Positions 1 to 13,442 of a stretch of DNA of 64,000 nt are shown piece after piece. Under the pieces are notes generated by a model, which ran no database searches, was not told where the DNA came from, and worked only from the letters and a program-made list of their open reading frames with translations. The translations under genes were made by a program, and so were the position numbers. Origin of the DNA: Phoronis australis (taxonomy: Eukaryota; Animalia; Phoronida); the NCBI GenBank assembly GCA_002633005.1, contig NMRA01000193.1, positions 431,527 to 495,526 of the forward strand, in the 5' to 3' direction. Every line of letters starts with the position of its first letter. Position 1 is the first letter of the stretch.

Positions 1-3000
1 TTCTGAAATGGCCAAGCAGTTAAGATTGATTATGTGATATAACCCATATCTATGTTAAACTATAACATGCTTTTCAAAACTTGTATGTTTTTTTCTTTAT
101 ATACAGTTCTCAGAAAAAAATGAGGACACTTGAACAAGAGCAAGAAAGCGCTAATAACAACTCTTTATGACAAACCAGGAGGCTAGCAATCTAATCCAAG
201 TGGTTGGTAGCTTCAGGCCACATCAGCTGCAGTTGATCAATAGAAAAAGTAGTGCCAACATAAACTCAAGTGTAGACAGCTCCTGGGGCTCCTGATGGGG
301 GTCGTGTTTCTAACTGTTCTGAACAGAAACAAATACCTCAAATAGATCAATCAAAATGAAGGTTGAGAAGATTTCAGGAGTGTAGGATTCATGTGCCTGA
401 ACTGCTAAAAAGATCAAATTAAAACACCCTTTACCAAGTTAACAGCCACATAAGAGGAGCATCAATATAAACTGCAAACATAGTTGAATTTTCAGCCAGC
501 TTCGGCTTAGATAGATAGATAACTGATACCGCAACATTTAATGCAGAGGTGCTTCGAAAATCTTATGCAGAAGTAATTTTTTAAAAAAAATTGATGTTGC
601 TGGATTTGGAGACCAGCAGGATGCCAATGCGACCTCAGATTTCATTTGCGATCTAGTTAAAAATACCAAGGAAACAAATGGGGGTGGGAATTGCTTGGCA
701 AAAACCGAAATGTCCTGTACAGGACTCACACATTGAAGTGTTCAGACAATACGTCCTGATTGCCTACTTCTACCTCAGATAGGTGAGCTTGCATGGAATA
801 TTGGGTCCTCCAGAAGAAAATTGGCTGCCACCGAGCATTCAATGAACTCCCAATTTCCCATTCAACTAAATAACAAAAAAGAGAGGCACACGGACAGTCT
901 TGGGTGTTTCAGCCGACATTTGGTCAATTCACCAGTTATTCAATTCAGATTATGCGTTCTGTCATTTGCGACTACTGCCAACCGTGAGACCAAAGTTGAT
1001 CCGTCATACCAACAGACAGTTCCCTAACTACCAAGGGTCAACGTTGGTACGTTAGGCCCTAAACCTAAAGGATGTGTCTTGATTGTTGCAATACAGCAGA
1101 GCAGATTGGGATCCCAAAGCCTAATAAAATCGCCAACTATGAGTAAAGCCGTGAGGCTGCTGGTTCCTGGAAATAACACTGACAACACAACCAATGAAGA
1201 AATGTCAACAAAATACGAACTGTTAAGTACATCAGTTGTTAATTTGACATTTCAAGTCATGGGAGACCACAGCTAGAAAGCGAGGCATTTAAAGGACAAG
1301 TTCTTCAAAAAACATTAATGTTGGATAAACCCTCATGTGTCCTGGCTACTAAGCTATGTATTGAAGTTGGCCATTATCTCAACTGGAACCAATTACAGAG
1401 TTGAGTGAGAAAGACTTACTTCTCAGCCCATCCATCATCACCAGACAGAGCTTTATCACCAGGGAAAACATGTGTTATTACTTATGAATAAGACAACAGT
1501 ACTATCTTCATGGAAGGCTCAATAGGAGGTGAGCTTAAACTCAAAGTGAGTGTAAAATGAACATGGTGATATTGACGTAATGTTAAAAACTAAGAAAAGT
1601 TTAGGAGCATAACACAATCCAGCCCCAATTTTGCACCAGTAATAGCACTGCCAGTCATTTTCATAGAACCTAATCCACAGGGCTGCACATGAAGATCACA
1701 GTACACAAAAACTAGGTTCACATGAGCGGCAAAAACTCTAGCAGTTTTACTGGATAAAACTTTACTGATTTAGCCAGACAAGCTGTCTGAGAAAGGGTCC
1801 TTTTCACCACCCATTACCTTTTTAAGCAAGCAAAAATTGATGTCAAAATGAAATGTCACTCTTTGCCATAAATTGATTACTGTGATGACAAACAAAGGCC
1901 TATACATACACNNCCCCCCCCCCCCCCGAACATGTGTGTCCCTTGAAGTAAGCAGTCTGGCAACAGAAATGCTATAAAAAATGCTAAGAATTTTGGGGTA
2001 ACTCAAATTACCAGCTAAACGGACACTTGTATCTCTTCACATAAGGTGTGATTTGGTACTGGTGCAAGTGCTATCGAAAAGCAAACATTTCAACCAGTTT
2101 GTGAACCCGATAAAAGTTGGATTTTCAACTCATGAAAACGGAGGACTCGGCGCACACATAACCAGTTTAGTTAGCCAGCAGACCATGACAACTGAGACCA
2201 AATTATCAACAGAATTTAAATTACAATTAAATAATTGAATGGTACAGAAATGCTTCAATACTGCCACTCAGCTTAAAAGTAGACTTCACCACTAAGTCTC
2301 TTATATTCATGAAGAATTGAGCACAATACAACAGGCATTCCGCCCACTCACTGGCACCCTAGAAACCTCAGTATGCAAATTTGAGATTAGCAGCCAACAC
2401 CATTCCTACATAAAGACTTAGGTGTATCCCTGAATGCATTAAATAAAAGACAAAGGACATAGAAAGGTCCTATGGTAACATATCACCAATTCTGGAAAAG
2501 AATAATGATCAAAATAGACATCTTTTTTTCATTTTTCAAAGACTTCTAACATGGTTGGGAATGTCCACAATTTTTCAAAACATTGTCTGGTGGTAGCCAT
2601 GGTACAAACCTTGAACATGTAAAAGCATTATTTTATCACTACATATTTTTCGTATTGTGCCCTAAATTAGGGACATTTTACCGTGAACCTGATTATGTGT
2701 TCACCACCATCCAGCAGGCAACACAAAACAACGGCACCACCACCCCACCATACACATCATCAAACAATTTCTGGTTTCCTAGGAACGACCACAAATGCCA
2801 AGTCAAGAGTAAAAAGGTTCCTCTAAAGTAACAAAACTTTCCAAACTGTAATTTTTGAGTGTGTACCCTTGGGTACACACCTTTATGTACACAGGATGTG
2901 ACAGGGTACAACGGATTTATTAAAATTCAACACTAAGCTTGCTCATACACATGTGCATTAGTTATCAGAATTAAGCGGATTAGTGCATTCGGAGCAGAAA

Positions 3001-3651
3001 AGTAACTCAGAAAAGGAGATAAAGGAGTTGAAACTTAAACATATCTGTTGCACCAACTAAAGGTATTCTATGAATGTAATTAAGTGTTATACAATAGGGA
3101 GCTGACTAAGCCAAGATATCACTGCAGTAAAAATATTATTCTTTACAAGGAAGAGAAGAAATTGACTGGCAACTGAAATATTAAATGACCTGGAAACAAG
3201 ATACCTTAAAACATCCAGGGAAAGTAGGGTCGTTTGGTGTAAATAAACCACATGTTGCAATGAAGTATTTAACAACTCAGATAGCTGTAAATCGGACTGA
3301 TTGACCTAGGCATATCCTACTTAACTGTGCTATACATAATCAAGACCATAGGTAAAGTGACTTAGAAGTTTTTATTTTTAAAACTAGTCAGGTTAAAATG
3401 ATTATTGATTTGCTAGTTTTTTGGAAAAGATTGTGAATCTTGAACTTAACTTGTTTATCTAAGTTTGGTATTAACTAAATTCAAAGGAACTGCACCAACT
3501 AAGCAAAGCTGCAGTTTTATCAATACTTGCAAATATGAACATTCACAGTTATTGCCATTTTCACTGCTGGCAGGTCTAGGATGCTGCAAGCAGGACTCCA
3601 ACCACAAGTTTGAAGGAAAAGTGCATGCCAGTCCTAAACATGACAAGCTGG

Positions 3652-3774
3652 TGACACTTACTCCAGGCTGCATCCAGAGAGATGATAGTGAAGCTGTTTC
3701 ATCACATTGTCAATCATTGACACTTACTCCAGGCTGCATCCAGAGAGATGATAGTGAAGCTGTTTCATCACATT
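3652..3774. repeat. Tandem duplication, 57-bp identical copies at 66-bp period
   Basis: TGACACTTACTCCAGGCTGCATCC...TTTCATCACATT occurs at 3652 and 3718. Confidence 0.9.
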
Positions 3775-4519
3775 TTTATCATTGTGAAAAGGCAATAAAC
3801 AAAGCATTGAATATTGCAGCAAAACATGTTCTTGTGTAAAGCACCCTCCCTCCAAGTTAAGCGTTGTACTCTCATAAAAATGGCGAATATTGTGAACTGG
3901 GTCTTAGCACTTTCACCTCACTGGACGACCAGTTATTGTAAAACTACGTCACTATACCTCCAAGGTGCAGGGTATAATCTTTACTTGAAATTCAACGCGA
4001 AATTTTTTTTTTGGAAATTTCTCAAGAAAAATTTCCATCATTTTATTTTTGAGTACATAATGGCTTACGTGGACAATTGTCTAATCCTAAACTGCATTAA
4101 AGCCAAATGTTCCAGACAGAACTTGAAATTTTGAGTTTTTACTTTAACTATCAAGTTTTTACTGGAATATAGGGATCAGCAAGAAACTCTTGCTCATAAA
4201 CCAAAATGTTCTCGTCCTGGTCAGAATAATAGATATTATCTCGAGTTCAAACAAAAGTAGAACAGAACATGCCAAAAATAGTTTAGTTTGATTCCAAGTA
4301 CAAAGGTTAACCCCCCACCCCGCAACCCAAATGCACCTGTCCACAGAGATGATCATATCAAACAACTTTCAAAACAGACTACTGGAAAAAGGGAAATTGC
4401 TCTCACCTTGTACCAGGCTCAGGTTAAAAGGGAAATTGGTCATAACTTGTAACCAGGCTGGGTTAACAGTAATTACTGAGCAAGGCAAGTAAAGACACAT
4501 CCCTGTAACAAGAGACTGA

Positions 4520-5011
4520 AGGCCTTTTCATACTGACTTAACTCACGTCTGAGCGGGGCGTCGACGTAAACTGCAAAGCTAACTAAACCATTCATACTGG
4601 CTCCGGTAGTTAACGGACTTTAAAGTAAACGGCAAGTGACACTGTTGTCATCGAAGTAATGGCAAGGTAACGCTGCATGCTAAGATTTTTTTAATAAGAC
4701 AATTTGGGAACATTTACATGTGCTGATTGACATAACTTGTGATTACTAGAGCAAAATATAGGCAACTATTAGCGACGGTACTACTTTGTAATTTTGGACG
4801 ATAACAGAGGCACCTGGCGATAACTTCGGTGGGACTTGGGAGCAAAGTTTACCATTCATACCGTACCACAGCGTCGATGCTCCACTATTAAATCCACCTG
4901 TTTAGTGCGAATTTAACTGGCGCTGTTAACTTCGATCCAGGAACGAAGTTAACCGTTCATGCTGACCGCAACTCCCCAAAACATTGACACGTCGTTGTTA
5001 GTATGAAAGGC
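4520..5011 (+). mobile_element. MITE family A copy 1 (PIF/Harbinger-like)
   Basis: TIRs GGCCTTTTCATACTGAC / GTTAGTATGAAAGGC. Internal sequence is shared with 8926-9251 and, inverted, with 21547-22015. Confidence 0.65.
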
Positions 5012-5383
5012 AGGGCTCGACATAACGAGCTACAGGTCGCATTTGCGACCTGAAAATTAGAAATTCGAGCTGAGATTTTTGTCAGCTCGTATAAAGGCCC
5101 AAAATGCGACCTGGAATTTCCAACGTATGCGAGCTGAGTTTTTAACTTTTCTCGCAAGATACCTGGCAAATATAAAGCAACTCTTGTTAATCCGACCGTT
5201 ACTGGGTTGTTGCCAAATCCAAGTTCAAAAGAACAATAAACGAGAAAAGCCCTCCCGATGACTTGTAAGCAAGTGGCGTGAATATGGGATATGCAGAATC
5301 GATATTTGACACGTTTTATTGACTAACATTTTCAGCCACTGTTGCAAATTTCCGGATTCTCCAAAGAAAGTTTCGAGCCACTG
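5011..5383. mobile_element. Possible hAT-type MITE
   Basis: Ends CAGGGCTCGA... / ...TTTCGAGCCACTG, with internal TGCGACCTG and CGAGCTGAG repeats. No TSD found. Confidence 0.35.
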
Positions 5384-5435
5384 CACAACGCGTGATAAAA
5401 CGTCACAAAACAGCAGTGTTTCTACTAATTCTTAA

Positions 5436-5646
5436 CCCTCTTACTGCCGTGGTCGCAATTCTGCGACAACAACTTTATCCCTTGCCAGTGCCGTAGTCGC
5501 ATATTTGCGACCATGTGACCCAGAAAACAGCCTCAAGATACCCTTCAGATTTTAGCCAATTGGCGTCGGTTTTGAAGGCACACCCACAAGAAAATGTGGC
5601 TAAGCCAATCAAATTTAGTTTTACTAAGCATTCAGTGAAAAATTTG
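5436..5646 (+). mobile_element. piggyBac-like left terminus running into the assembly gap
   Basis: TTAA|CCCTCTTAC terminus and two copies of TGCCGTRGTCGCA-N4-TGCGAC (5445, 5489), as in piggyBac TIR/subterminal repeats. Right end not seen. Confidence 0.5.
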
Positions 5647-8600
5647 NNNNNNNNNNNNNNNNNNNNNNNNNNNNNNNNNNNNNNNNNNNNNNNNNNNNNN
5701 NNNNNNNNNNNNNNNNNNNNNNNNNNNNNNNNNNNNNNNNNNNNNNNNNNNNNNNNNNNNNNNNNNNNNNNNNNNNNNNNNNNNNNNNNNNNNNNNNNNN
5801 NNNNNNNNNNNNNNNNNNNNNNNNNNNNNNNNNNNNNNNNNNNNNNNNNNNNNNNNNNNNNNNNNNNNNNNNNNNNNNNNNNNNNNNNNNNNNNNNNNNN
5901 NNNNNNNNNNNNNNNNNNNNNNNNNNNNNNNNNNNNNNNNNNNNNNNNNNNNNNNNNNNNNNNNNNNNNNNNNNNNNNNNNNNNNNNNNNNNNNNNNNNN
6001 NNNNNNNNNNNNNNNNNNNNNNNNNNNNNNNNNNNNNNNNNNNNNNNNNNNNNNNNNNNNNNNNNNNNNNNNNNNNNNNNNNNNNNNNNNNNNNTTTTTT
6101 ATCGCATAAGACAGCCTAAGTGAAAATGACATACCTATTAATCGCCAAACGATGGCCACGTTTTTACTTTCAGTTGCCAAGAAATTCTCAAACCTCTTTA
6201 CTTATTTGTGGGGCTACGTGCGCGAAATATGATTTGTCTTTCACACATTGTTGCCAACATAAAGTGTAGGCCTACTCCAGTGATTCAAGTGCGTGAACTC
6301 ACCTGTGCGCACCACTTCAAAGCTGCACATCAAAAGTGAACAGTGGCAGTCCTAAATGGCTCTGTTAAGCACTGGGGTATGTGCCAGTGCTTTATTTGAA
6401 AATGAACTCATATATTCCCAGCGGTTATAAGAGATCCCATGCTTTACGATATTCCCCGGGACCGATATACCGGTGACCCAGAACTTATATTTTCCTGTGA
6501 CGTTGTTTCCCTAGGTCGATATTCCCAAACCCGTATGCCCGTAGCCAGCTACTGCAACCAAATAGGTACTAGATGCGAAATTGTGGTTAGCGAACTTTTT
6601 ATTCTTCTCTTCATACACCCCCCTCCGGCAAATTTTCCCTCCCCATTGTCGCCGTAAAATATTCCGACTCGCACTCTTCTTCTGGCTGAAGCGGGCAATT
6701 AAAAGCAAAATTATTCCGGGTGTCTAAAAAGGGTACAGTGTAGGTCGAAACAACATCCAGAAAGCCACCCATACTAGATGGAGTTTGCCTTCCAGAATTG
6801 TATTATTACAACGTTTCTTATCATTGCAGTCTTTTAATATCTTATTACCGCAAACATTCAGGTTGACTATGCTCACGCACAAGGCTACTCCCTACCTTTG
6901 TAGTGTTTCATAATAAGCGCTCACCGATCTACTAAGCGTTCCCACTCAACTTTTGAGAATTTCCAAATAAGCGCTCACAGTTCAGGCTAGCGCCCATCAT
7001 AGCTCACTACAAACGACCGCGTGTGGTTTGAAATTGACACACAGCGTGCGTCGCTCTCATTTTACATAACAAATTCAGTTTTCAAAAAACGTTTTTTCTC
7101 AATATGTAAAAACCAAATTCCGACTTTGTTTCATACCTCCGAAAGAAGTTAACACTAGTGACATGCGTGTCGTTTTGTGACTGACCTATTTTTCCCGTAC
7201 TTGGAAGGTATTGAGGAGCAAACTTGAATTACCCGATGGAAACCCGCACGGAGTCGGAAATTGTTTCGAGGCTATTCATTTCATGGAAAACTAATTGTTG
7301 AAAACGTAAACAGCATAAGTACCACATTTTTGTTGTGAAATTTGCACTGAATTATTCCCGCGCATCCAAATACGTCATTCAGTTAGGGCATTGTTTCACG
7401 GATTTTTTCGACAGATGTTTTTCAAACATGAAGTTAAGTTGCAAAATTTGAGCTGCGAACAAAGAGTGGAGGGAATATGCACTACGAGGTAGTTTGGATC
7501 TTTAAAGACTTTGATGGCAGCCATAGCTCTTTAAACCTAGCAAAATCGCAGGTACTTTTTCAACGGGCATTTTCTCCCTTTTCACATTGCAAACTTAGCT
7601 ACTCAAATGCACGCGTCAGTTAGAGAGCACTGATTCAACTTTCACGTCGGCAACTTGCCTTGCGCTCTAGAGCCATTCAATGGCGGTCGTGAAGAATAGT
7701 AACGCCATACCTGACCTGCATGAACGAACTCAATAATGGGATCTGAAATTTATGAGTATTTAACGCCCTGAAAGGACCTTGAAATTCAGTTAGAATTCCC
7801 AACTCCTCATTTTATACACCACAAGGTATATAGATGACAGTGCTAAACTGGGCACAGGATGGTTCAGTGACTGCACACTAGATGGAGTGAAATGAATGAA
7901 TGTTGTGAAGACAGATTAAGCAATTTATATGTTAATATTTGAAAATTAGATCAAATTCTTTACTAGATCGTGCTTCCAGCTTTTGAAAATAGACTAAAGC
8001 AAAATCTCCAACCACACAATTCAGAATACTACAAGACTTTCTGGAAGACAAGCATCAATTTTTTTCAGTATCCGGAAAAAGTCAAGTTTTTTTCATGCAA
8101 TAAAAAAATTCTGATTAATCAGGTTAATTGAACAACCAAAGAACAGTGAATCACTCACTCTGCATGCTGATAACAATGACCATCCACTGAGCCTGCATCA
8201 GAATAGTCAGAAATGTGGGTATATTAATGGTATGTTGGCTGAGCACAATTGGACAGACTTCCACTGGTGAACAGAACTGTGTTGATTAAGTGGAAACACA
8301 GAGCAGGCTTCAAGTTAGCAAATAATCAAAAATCAATTAGACTTTAAGTGTTGGCTGATAATGGCCAGGTTGCACAGGCTCTGTGCAACATTAGCAGTGT
8401 TCCCATGTGAAAATTGTCTGAATTAATCACTATTTTTTCAGGCAAATTTTTGTGTGCAAACATGTTTGCATTGAAACACAAATTTGATGGGATAAGATAC
8501 CAACACTTCACTTTTGGTCTTGTCCCTTCTACAATTACAGATTCATCAACCAAATCCTCCGAACATTCAAAGATGATTACAAAGTTACTATCTGCCAATA

Positions 8601-8925
8601 ATCTATCATGCATTATAATCAGTTTTCTTGCAGCCAATACCAATGCTAAGCTCTAGCCAAAACTGGGTGCTTCACCAGTCAACACCCAATATCTACATTC
8701 CAATTTCTAAGCTCACAGTAACTCACACACCACTAACTTCAGGAGAAAAAATTCGAAAACTGAATTTTTTCATTTTTAAAGAGTACTAACATAGTAGTGA
8801 AAGCCCATAATTTCTGAAAGCATGGTGTTATGGTAGCTATAGTACAGAACATTAAAATGATTAAGCATTTAATTAATGTTACTGATCTTTTACGAGTCCA
8901 TAATGCCACACTGGTAATCATTATA

Positions 8926-9251
8926 AGATCTTTTCATACTAACTCTGATATTAGAGTAGCCTTGATGCTAGCAGCAAAGTTAGTTGAACCGTCTTCAGCT
9001 GTTAACAGATATCGATGCAAATCATAGGTGACGCTGTCATCACTGAAGTAATCGCGACAGCAGCAGCCCTACTGATCATTTCAATGAGATCAAAGGTGGC
9101 GTTCATACCAGCCCGAAGCATCAATGCTCGGCAGTTAAATCCACTGTTTACTGCGAAGTTAACTGATGTTTACTTCGATCCAAGGACCGAAGTTAACCGT
9201 TGATAGTCACCGGAACTCCAAAACATCAATACATTAGTATGAAAAAGACCT
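8926..9251 (+). mobile_element. MITE family A copy 2 (shorter, diverged)
   Basis: GATCTTTTCATACTAA...TTAGTATGAAAAAGACC in a TAA/TTA context. Shares TTAAATCCAC...ACTTCGATCCA...CGAAGTTAACCGTT with copy 1. Confidence 0.6.
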
Positions 9252-9597
9252 TAGTTTTCATCAACTTAAAATACAACAACCCTGAAACGACACATGACAA
9301 AGACTTGAACTCCAAAGCAAAACTAACTGCATACCTTTTTGGTGGCTACAGGAAGAATACAGGTCTATGTGAAGCTTGTCACTTTACTACTGGTAGCTAC
9401 AAAGCCTCGGGCTCAAGGCATAAGCTCTTTGCAAGTAACAAACTCATGGACTGCTTACAAATACAGATGCTACCAAATGAAACAGGAAAAGCAGCAATTT
9501 GAAATGGGAGACAAAAGATAAATAAACATCTACCCCAGACCCCAAACCATATGGATTGTTGCAGCCAGCTTTATCAACAAGTAAACTGAGTACTTAA

Positions 9598-11188
9598 AGA
9601 GAATGCCACCCGATTTAATTAGTCTTTTTTGCCGTCTTAATCGGTCTATATCCACATCGCTTCGCATACGGTCGACCTTACCTTGCCAAGAGGTGTCGCG
9701 TTAACCTGTGAGGAAGGTGAAAAACGATGCTAGCGACGTCAGTGGTTCACATGCAGAGTAAATGTTGCTATGTTGCGGTGCATCGTTCCCGCTTGTCCGA
9801 ACTAAGCAGCTGCGAGGAAAGCCGGCATATCGTTTTTTTTTAGTTCCTTGAGAGTCCGAAATGCTTAGGAAGTGGCTCATGGGAGTGAAGAATGAAATGT
9901 ATGCTGTAAATAGCAAGTATGAGGCCGTGAAACATCATATGTTCCGTTGTCTGAGCTTGTTCACGGCGCCTCTCTAGTATTTCTTCATCACTGTATTCCT
10001 GTTTGAATTAATAGCCTAATAGCCTGTAAAACTTAACGACCCACCTGCGAAGTCTGGACTGATGAGCTCTAGCTCGTCCTAAGTCGGGATTGCGAGTTGC
10101 CATGTGGCGTTTATTACCGAGCGTTCTGTTTCAAAATGAATTATTCTCACCCTAACCAATACTTATATAAAACTGAAACAAAGTCTGTCTCATTAGATGC
10201 AATTTGTAATGCCTTTGGAGTGTTGTGAGTGCAAATGATTTGAGAAGCCAGCAATGAATAAATTACGGCGTTACCGGCTTTAGGTGCAATAAAACTAATA
10301 GTTGACGGGGACACCGAGGCGGTGTGAACTCATGCTAATTTAGTGTTTGCTGGCAGAAACTGTTGTGAAACAACTCTATTTCCATTCCACGGCCAGGTGT
10401 TAGGGGAATCTTTATTTACATTTACATTACTCAAATAATGATTGTCAATGTACAACTTCTGCCCTGACGGTGCAGTGGCAAAAGCGGAACCTGAATTCGC
10501 GGCCCCCAACGAGTACGTAGATTTGCAGTTTCGTGGCTAATTCACCAACATAATCAGGTGCACATTACTTTGGCTCACTAGTATAGTATTTTCTTGACTG
10601 GAAGTTTAGTTTCCACTGAACTTTGGCTGGTTTATGTTCGTGATGTCTGATCAGTTTTCGAGTCACTGGCCGGGATAACAAGTCAATCCGGCCGGCCACG
10701 ATGGGCCCGATCGGGCTCCGAGCCACTGGCCAGGATAACAAGCGTTTTGTGTTTAGAACTCAAAAAATCACAAGTCTAAACAACACAGATCTAGGTTCTC
10801 ATGTCTGTATTTCACGGAAAATACTTCGAAATTATCTCCGAACAGACCCCAAACTCCTGCTACGGGCCTTATTGGGCTGCCGAACTTTGTAGGCTACGGT
10901 GTGTCCAAATACCAATAAATCCGTAAGAGCGAAATAAAACAACACTTTTTACATCGAAGTTTGATGATTTATTGATGTTAAACGATGACTTCAAGCGACA
11001 AGCTGACACCAGTAACCCGTGTTGTGAACTGCTGAACAGACTGCGTGTGAAACCGATGTCATTGGATAATCTCAACACCTCCGTCTTCCGTCATGTGTCT
11101 GGTAACGCAACCCTATGTGTCGTTATGGAGTAGAACTACTTGATCTAAATTGATACAAATTAGGTTGATTTTTGGGTGGCATGCGCCT
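9598..11188 (+). mobile_element. Decayed non-autonomous Kolobok-like DNA transposon with a THAP pseudogene
   Basis: TTAA on both sides. Termini are AGAGAATGCCACCC and (reverse complement) AGGCGCATGCCACCC. A THAP-like reading begins at 9770. Confidence 0.6.
9770..9965 (+). pseudogene. Degenerate THAP zinc-finger domain (Kolobok transposase N-terminus)
   Basis: MLRCIVPACPN*AAARKAGISFF/LVP*ESEMLRKWLMGVKNE...KHH shows CxVPxC, SFFxVP and LRKWL hallmarks, with two stops and a frameshift in the T-run at ~9833-9841. Confidence 0.6.
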
Positions 11189-12816
11189 TTAACCCCAGTA
11201 ACAAATTTTCAAAAATGCCAATATCTTTGCTAGAACTCTTGCTAGTAAGTCCTTTGAATGAGAAAGATACTTTAATTCATAGCTTAGCTGAAAAGGAATA
11301 ATACCGTTCAGTAATTCCAGTAAAGACATTACGGTATGATTCCTTTTATTAGTAAATGTGTCACCTGAAAATAAGAAAAACTTTTTGAATTTTGAAATAA
11401 TAGTCCTCACTTCTGCCAAATCCCGGTAATTGCTCCACACAGCATTTGCACAAATTTGCCTTTGTTATGAACGAGGTGGCCCTATAAATATCAATGCCAC
11501 AACACCAGGAATTTCTGGTGTGTAAGCCACTACACATGATGGGCATGATCCAAGAGTTAAACCTCCAGTGTAAACTACAAACAGGAATTCTTGAACATTT
11601 CTATCAGACATGATAGTGGAACATCTATTTCTCTCTCCCCCCCTCCCTCTCTCTCTCTGTACACTCCATCACACCTTTCACCAATTCTTCATTCACCAAC
11701 TCAATTTCTTTTTCACTTCATAGATGAAAAAGATGGTGCAGATTTAGAAGTTTATTTTTAGAACATTCACAGTCCCCCCCTTCCGAAATTAATCAATCAA
11801 AAATGTGCATGCTGCCATGTGGTAGTGTTTGCAATGAGGCAGGCAATGGACATACCATGGATAATGCCTTTGGCTGAACCAAAGCATTATGGATAATGCA
11901 CCACCAGACAGTATATCCCAATTCAAATGCCAACAAGGCAATCAAGTGAAAACCAATGTGCAATGTGGAAACAGACTGGCTTGCTTGTAAAGTACATTAA
12001 TTCATCAATAATTGATAAACCTACTCTACTTTCACTGAGCAGTAATTACATAGGCCATAATCTCAAGCTTATTTGCACATTTAACATACTCCATGCACAC
12101 AGAAGCACTCTAACAGACATGGTCAAATGTGGCACCTCATTGTTCTCTCTGTCATTTTTTGATGTGACGTGTTTGTTAGTACACGCTACATGTCTGAATG
12201 GCCATTCAACTAAAATTCCATTCCGAAGGTCATTTGCTAAGTTCACCGGTTTTTTACTTTAGGTGTTTAGTTCATTTTCGGCTCTTGCTAACTATGTGCC
12301 GTTCGTAGAGGCCAAGAGTTTCACCCCCCCCCTCCCCATGAGGTTTCCTCCTTTTGGCGACCTCAGTTCACATTTGGTGACAAGGGAATTTTGTCAGGTC
12401 ATAATTTCAAGCTTCGAGCCTTCAACTATGACCAAAGAGGACAGCCACCATGAAAAAGGTAACCAATACCAAAATTCATACTGTCAGAGGAATCATGAAA
12501 TGTCCGAAATTGAAAAATAAGGTTTATTACAAACACCTGAAACTATTTTAAAGGCGAAGGGAACCTTTTTCCATGTCATTTTGAGCTAAAATAAGGTTGG
12601 TTGGTTATCCTAGACATATTTTCCACTTAATTACAACTTTTCGTAATTTTATTAATTACTCGTCCGCTCTTCCGGAAGTGTCGTTTTAGGAGGCAAGCAT
12701 TTCGCGCCAATTTCTTTTCATATAGTCTGACTGTGAGAGCTGCCGAGTCAGTCATTGTTCTACCTCAGTTGTGTTAAGTTCCGTCATCGTTTGCTTTCAT
12801 TTACTAGTCAGTGAAT

Positions 12817-12942
12817 ATGCCACACTGTTGCTGCGTACCAGGATATACTAATTATCGGCTCACGCGCACTTTGGGAGTACCTTTGCATCGCTTTCCGATG
12901 GATGACACACTTCGCCGCACTTGGCTCGTTCGTGTGAAGAAC
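12817..12942 (+). CDS. THAP domain, N-terminus of Kolobok transposase (cut by the gap)
   Basis: MPHCCCVPGYTNYRLTRTLGVPLHRFPMDDTLRRTWLVRVKN has CxVPG, LHRFP and LRRxW THAP hallmarks. The usual PGC reads PGY here. Confidence 0.8.
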
Positions 12943-13209
12943 NNNNNNNNNNNNNNNNNNNNNNNNNNNNNNNNNNNNNNNNNNNNNNNNNNNNNNNNNN
13001 NNNNNNNNNNNNNNNNNNNNNNNNNNNNNNNNNNNNNNNNNNNNNNNNNNNNNNNNNNNNNNNNNNNNNNNNNNNNNNNNNNNNNNNNNNNNNNNNNNNN
13101 NNNNNNNNNNNNNNNNNNNNNNNNNNNNNNNNNNNNNNNNNNNNNNNNNNNNNNNNNNNNNNNNNNNNNNNNNNNNNNNNNNNNNNNNNNNNNNNNNNNN
13201 NNNNNNNNN

Positions 13210-13442
13210 ACGCACACAGTGCATTTGCACCAAGATGTGTCACCACGTCTGTCCTCAGTAGCCGCCTCGTTTCTCTCAACAGCTGCCTGTGCCTGTGCGT
13301 ACTCTGCCTTGTTATACACGGGCTCAAACATGTACCCACCCACTGAATGTCCGTGAAAAAATTCCTCGTCACCACTGCTGTGAAAAAGGTCTCCGTCACT
13401 CACACTACTGTCAATGTGATACGGGTCGCCGACTCCAGCCAT
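13210..13442 (-). CDS. KolX-like protein N-terminus (P2X7 cytoplasmic-ballast/nanor-like Cys-rich domain), cut by the gap
   Basis: MAGVGDP...acidic...GYMFEPVY...RRGDTSWCKCTVC carries the YxFEP and RxGxTxWCxCxxC motifs typical of KolX/ballast proteins. It is encoded opposite the transposase, as in Kolobok. Confidence 0.75.

Noticed and set aside
3652-3774. Duplicated minus-strand GGA|GTAAGT donors as tandem AUTS2 exons
   Set aside because: No pyrimidine-rich acceptor, and the implied 32-nt exon would shift the frame.
5515-6180. 202-aa and 182-aa ORFs
   Set aside because: Almost entirely N-gap read-through.
6302-6326. 20-nt microexon candidate (minus strand, cag|...cag|gtgagt)
   Set aside because: Not frame-preserving and has a weak pyrimidine tract, so expected by chance.
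10049-10085. CTGATGAGCTCTAGCTCG as a hammerhead ribozyme (similar partial cores at ~38955, 39813, 40204)
   Set aside because: No GAAA follows stem II.
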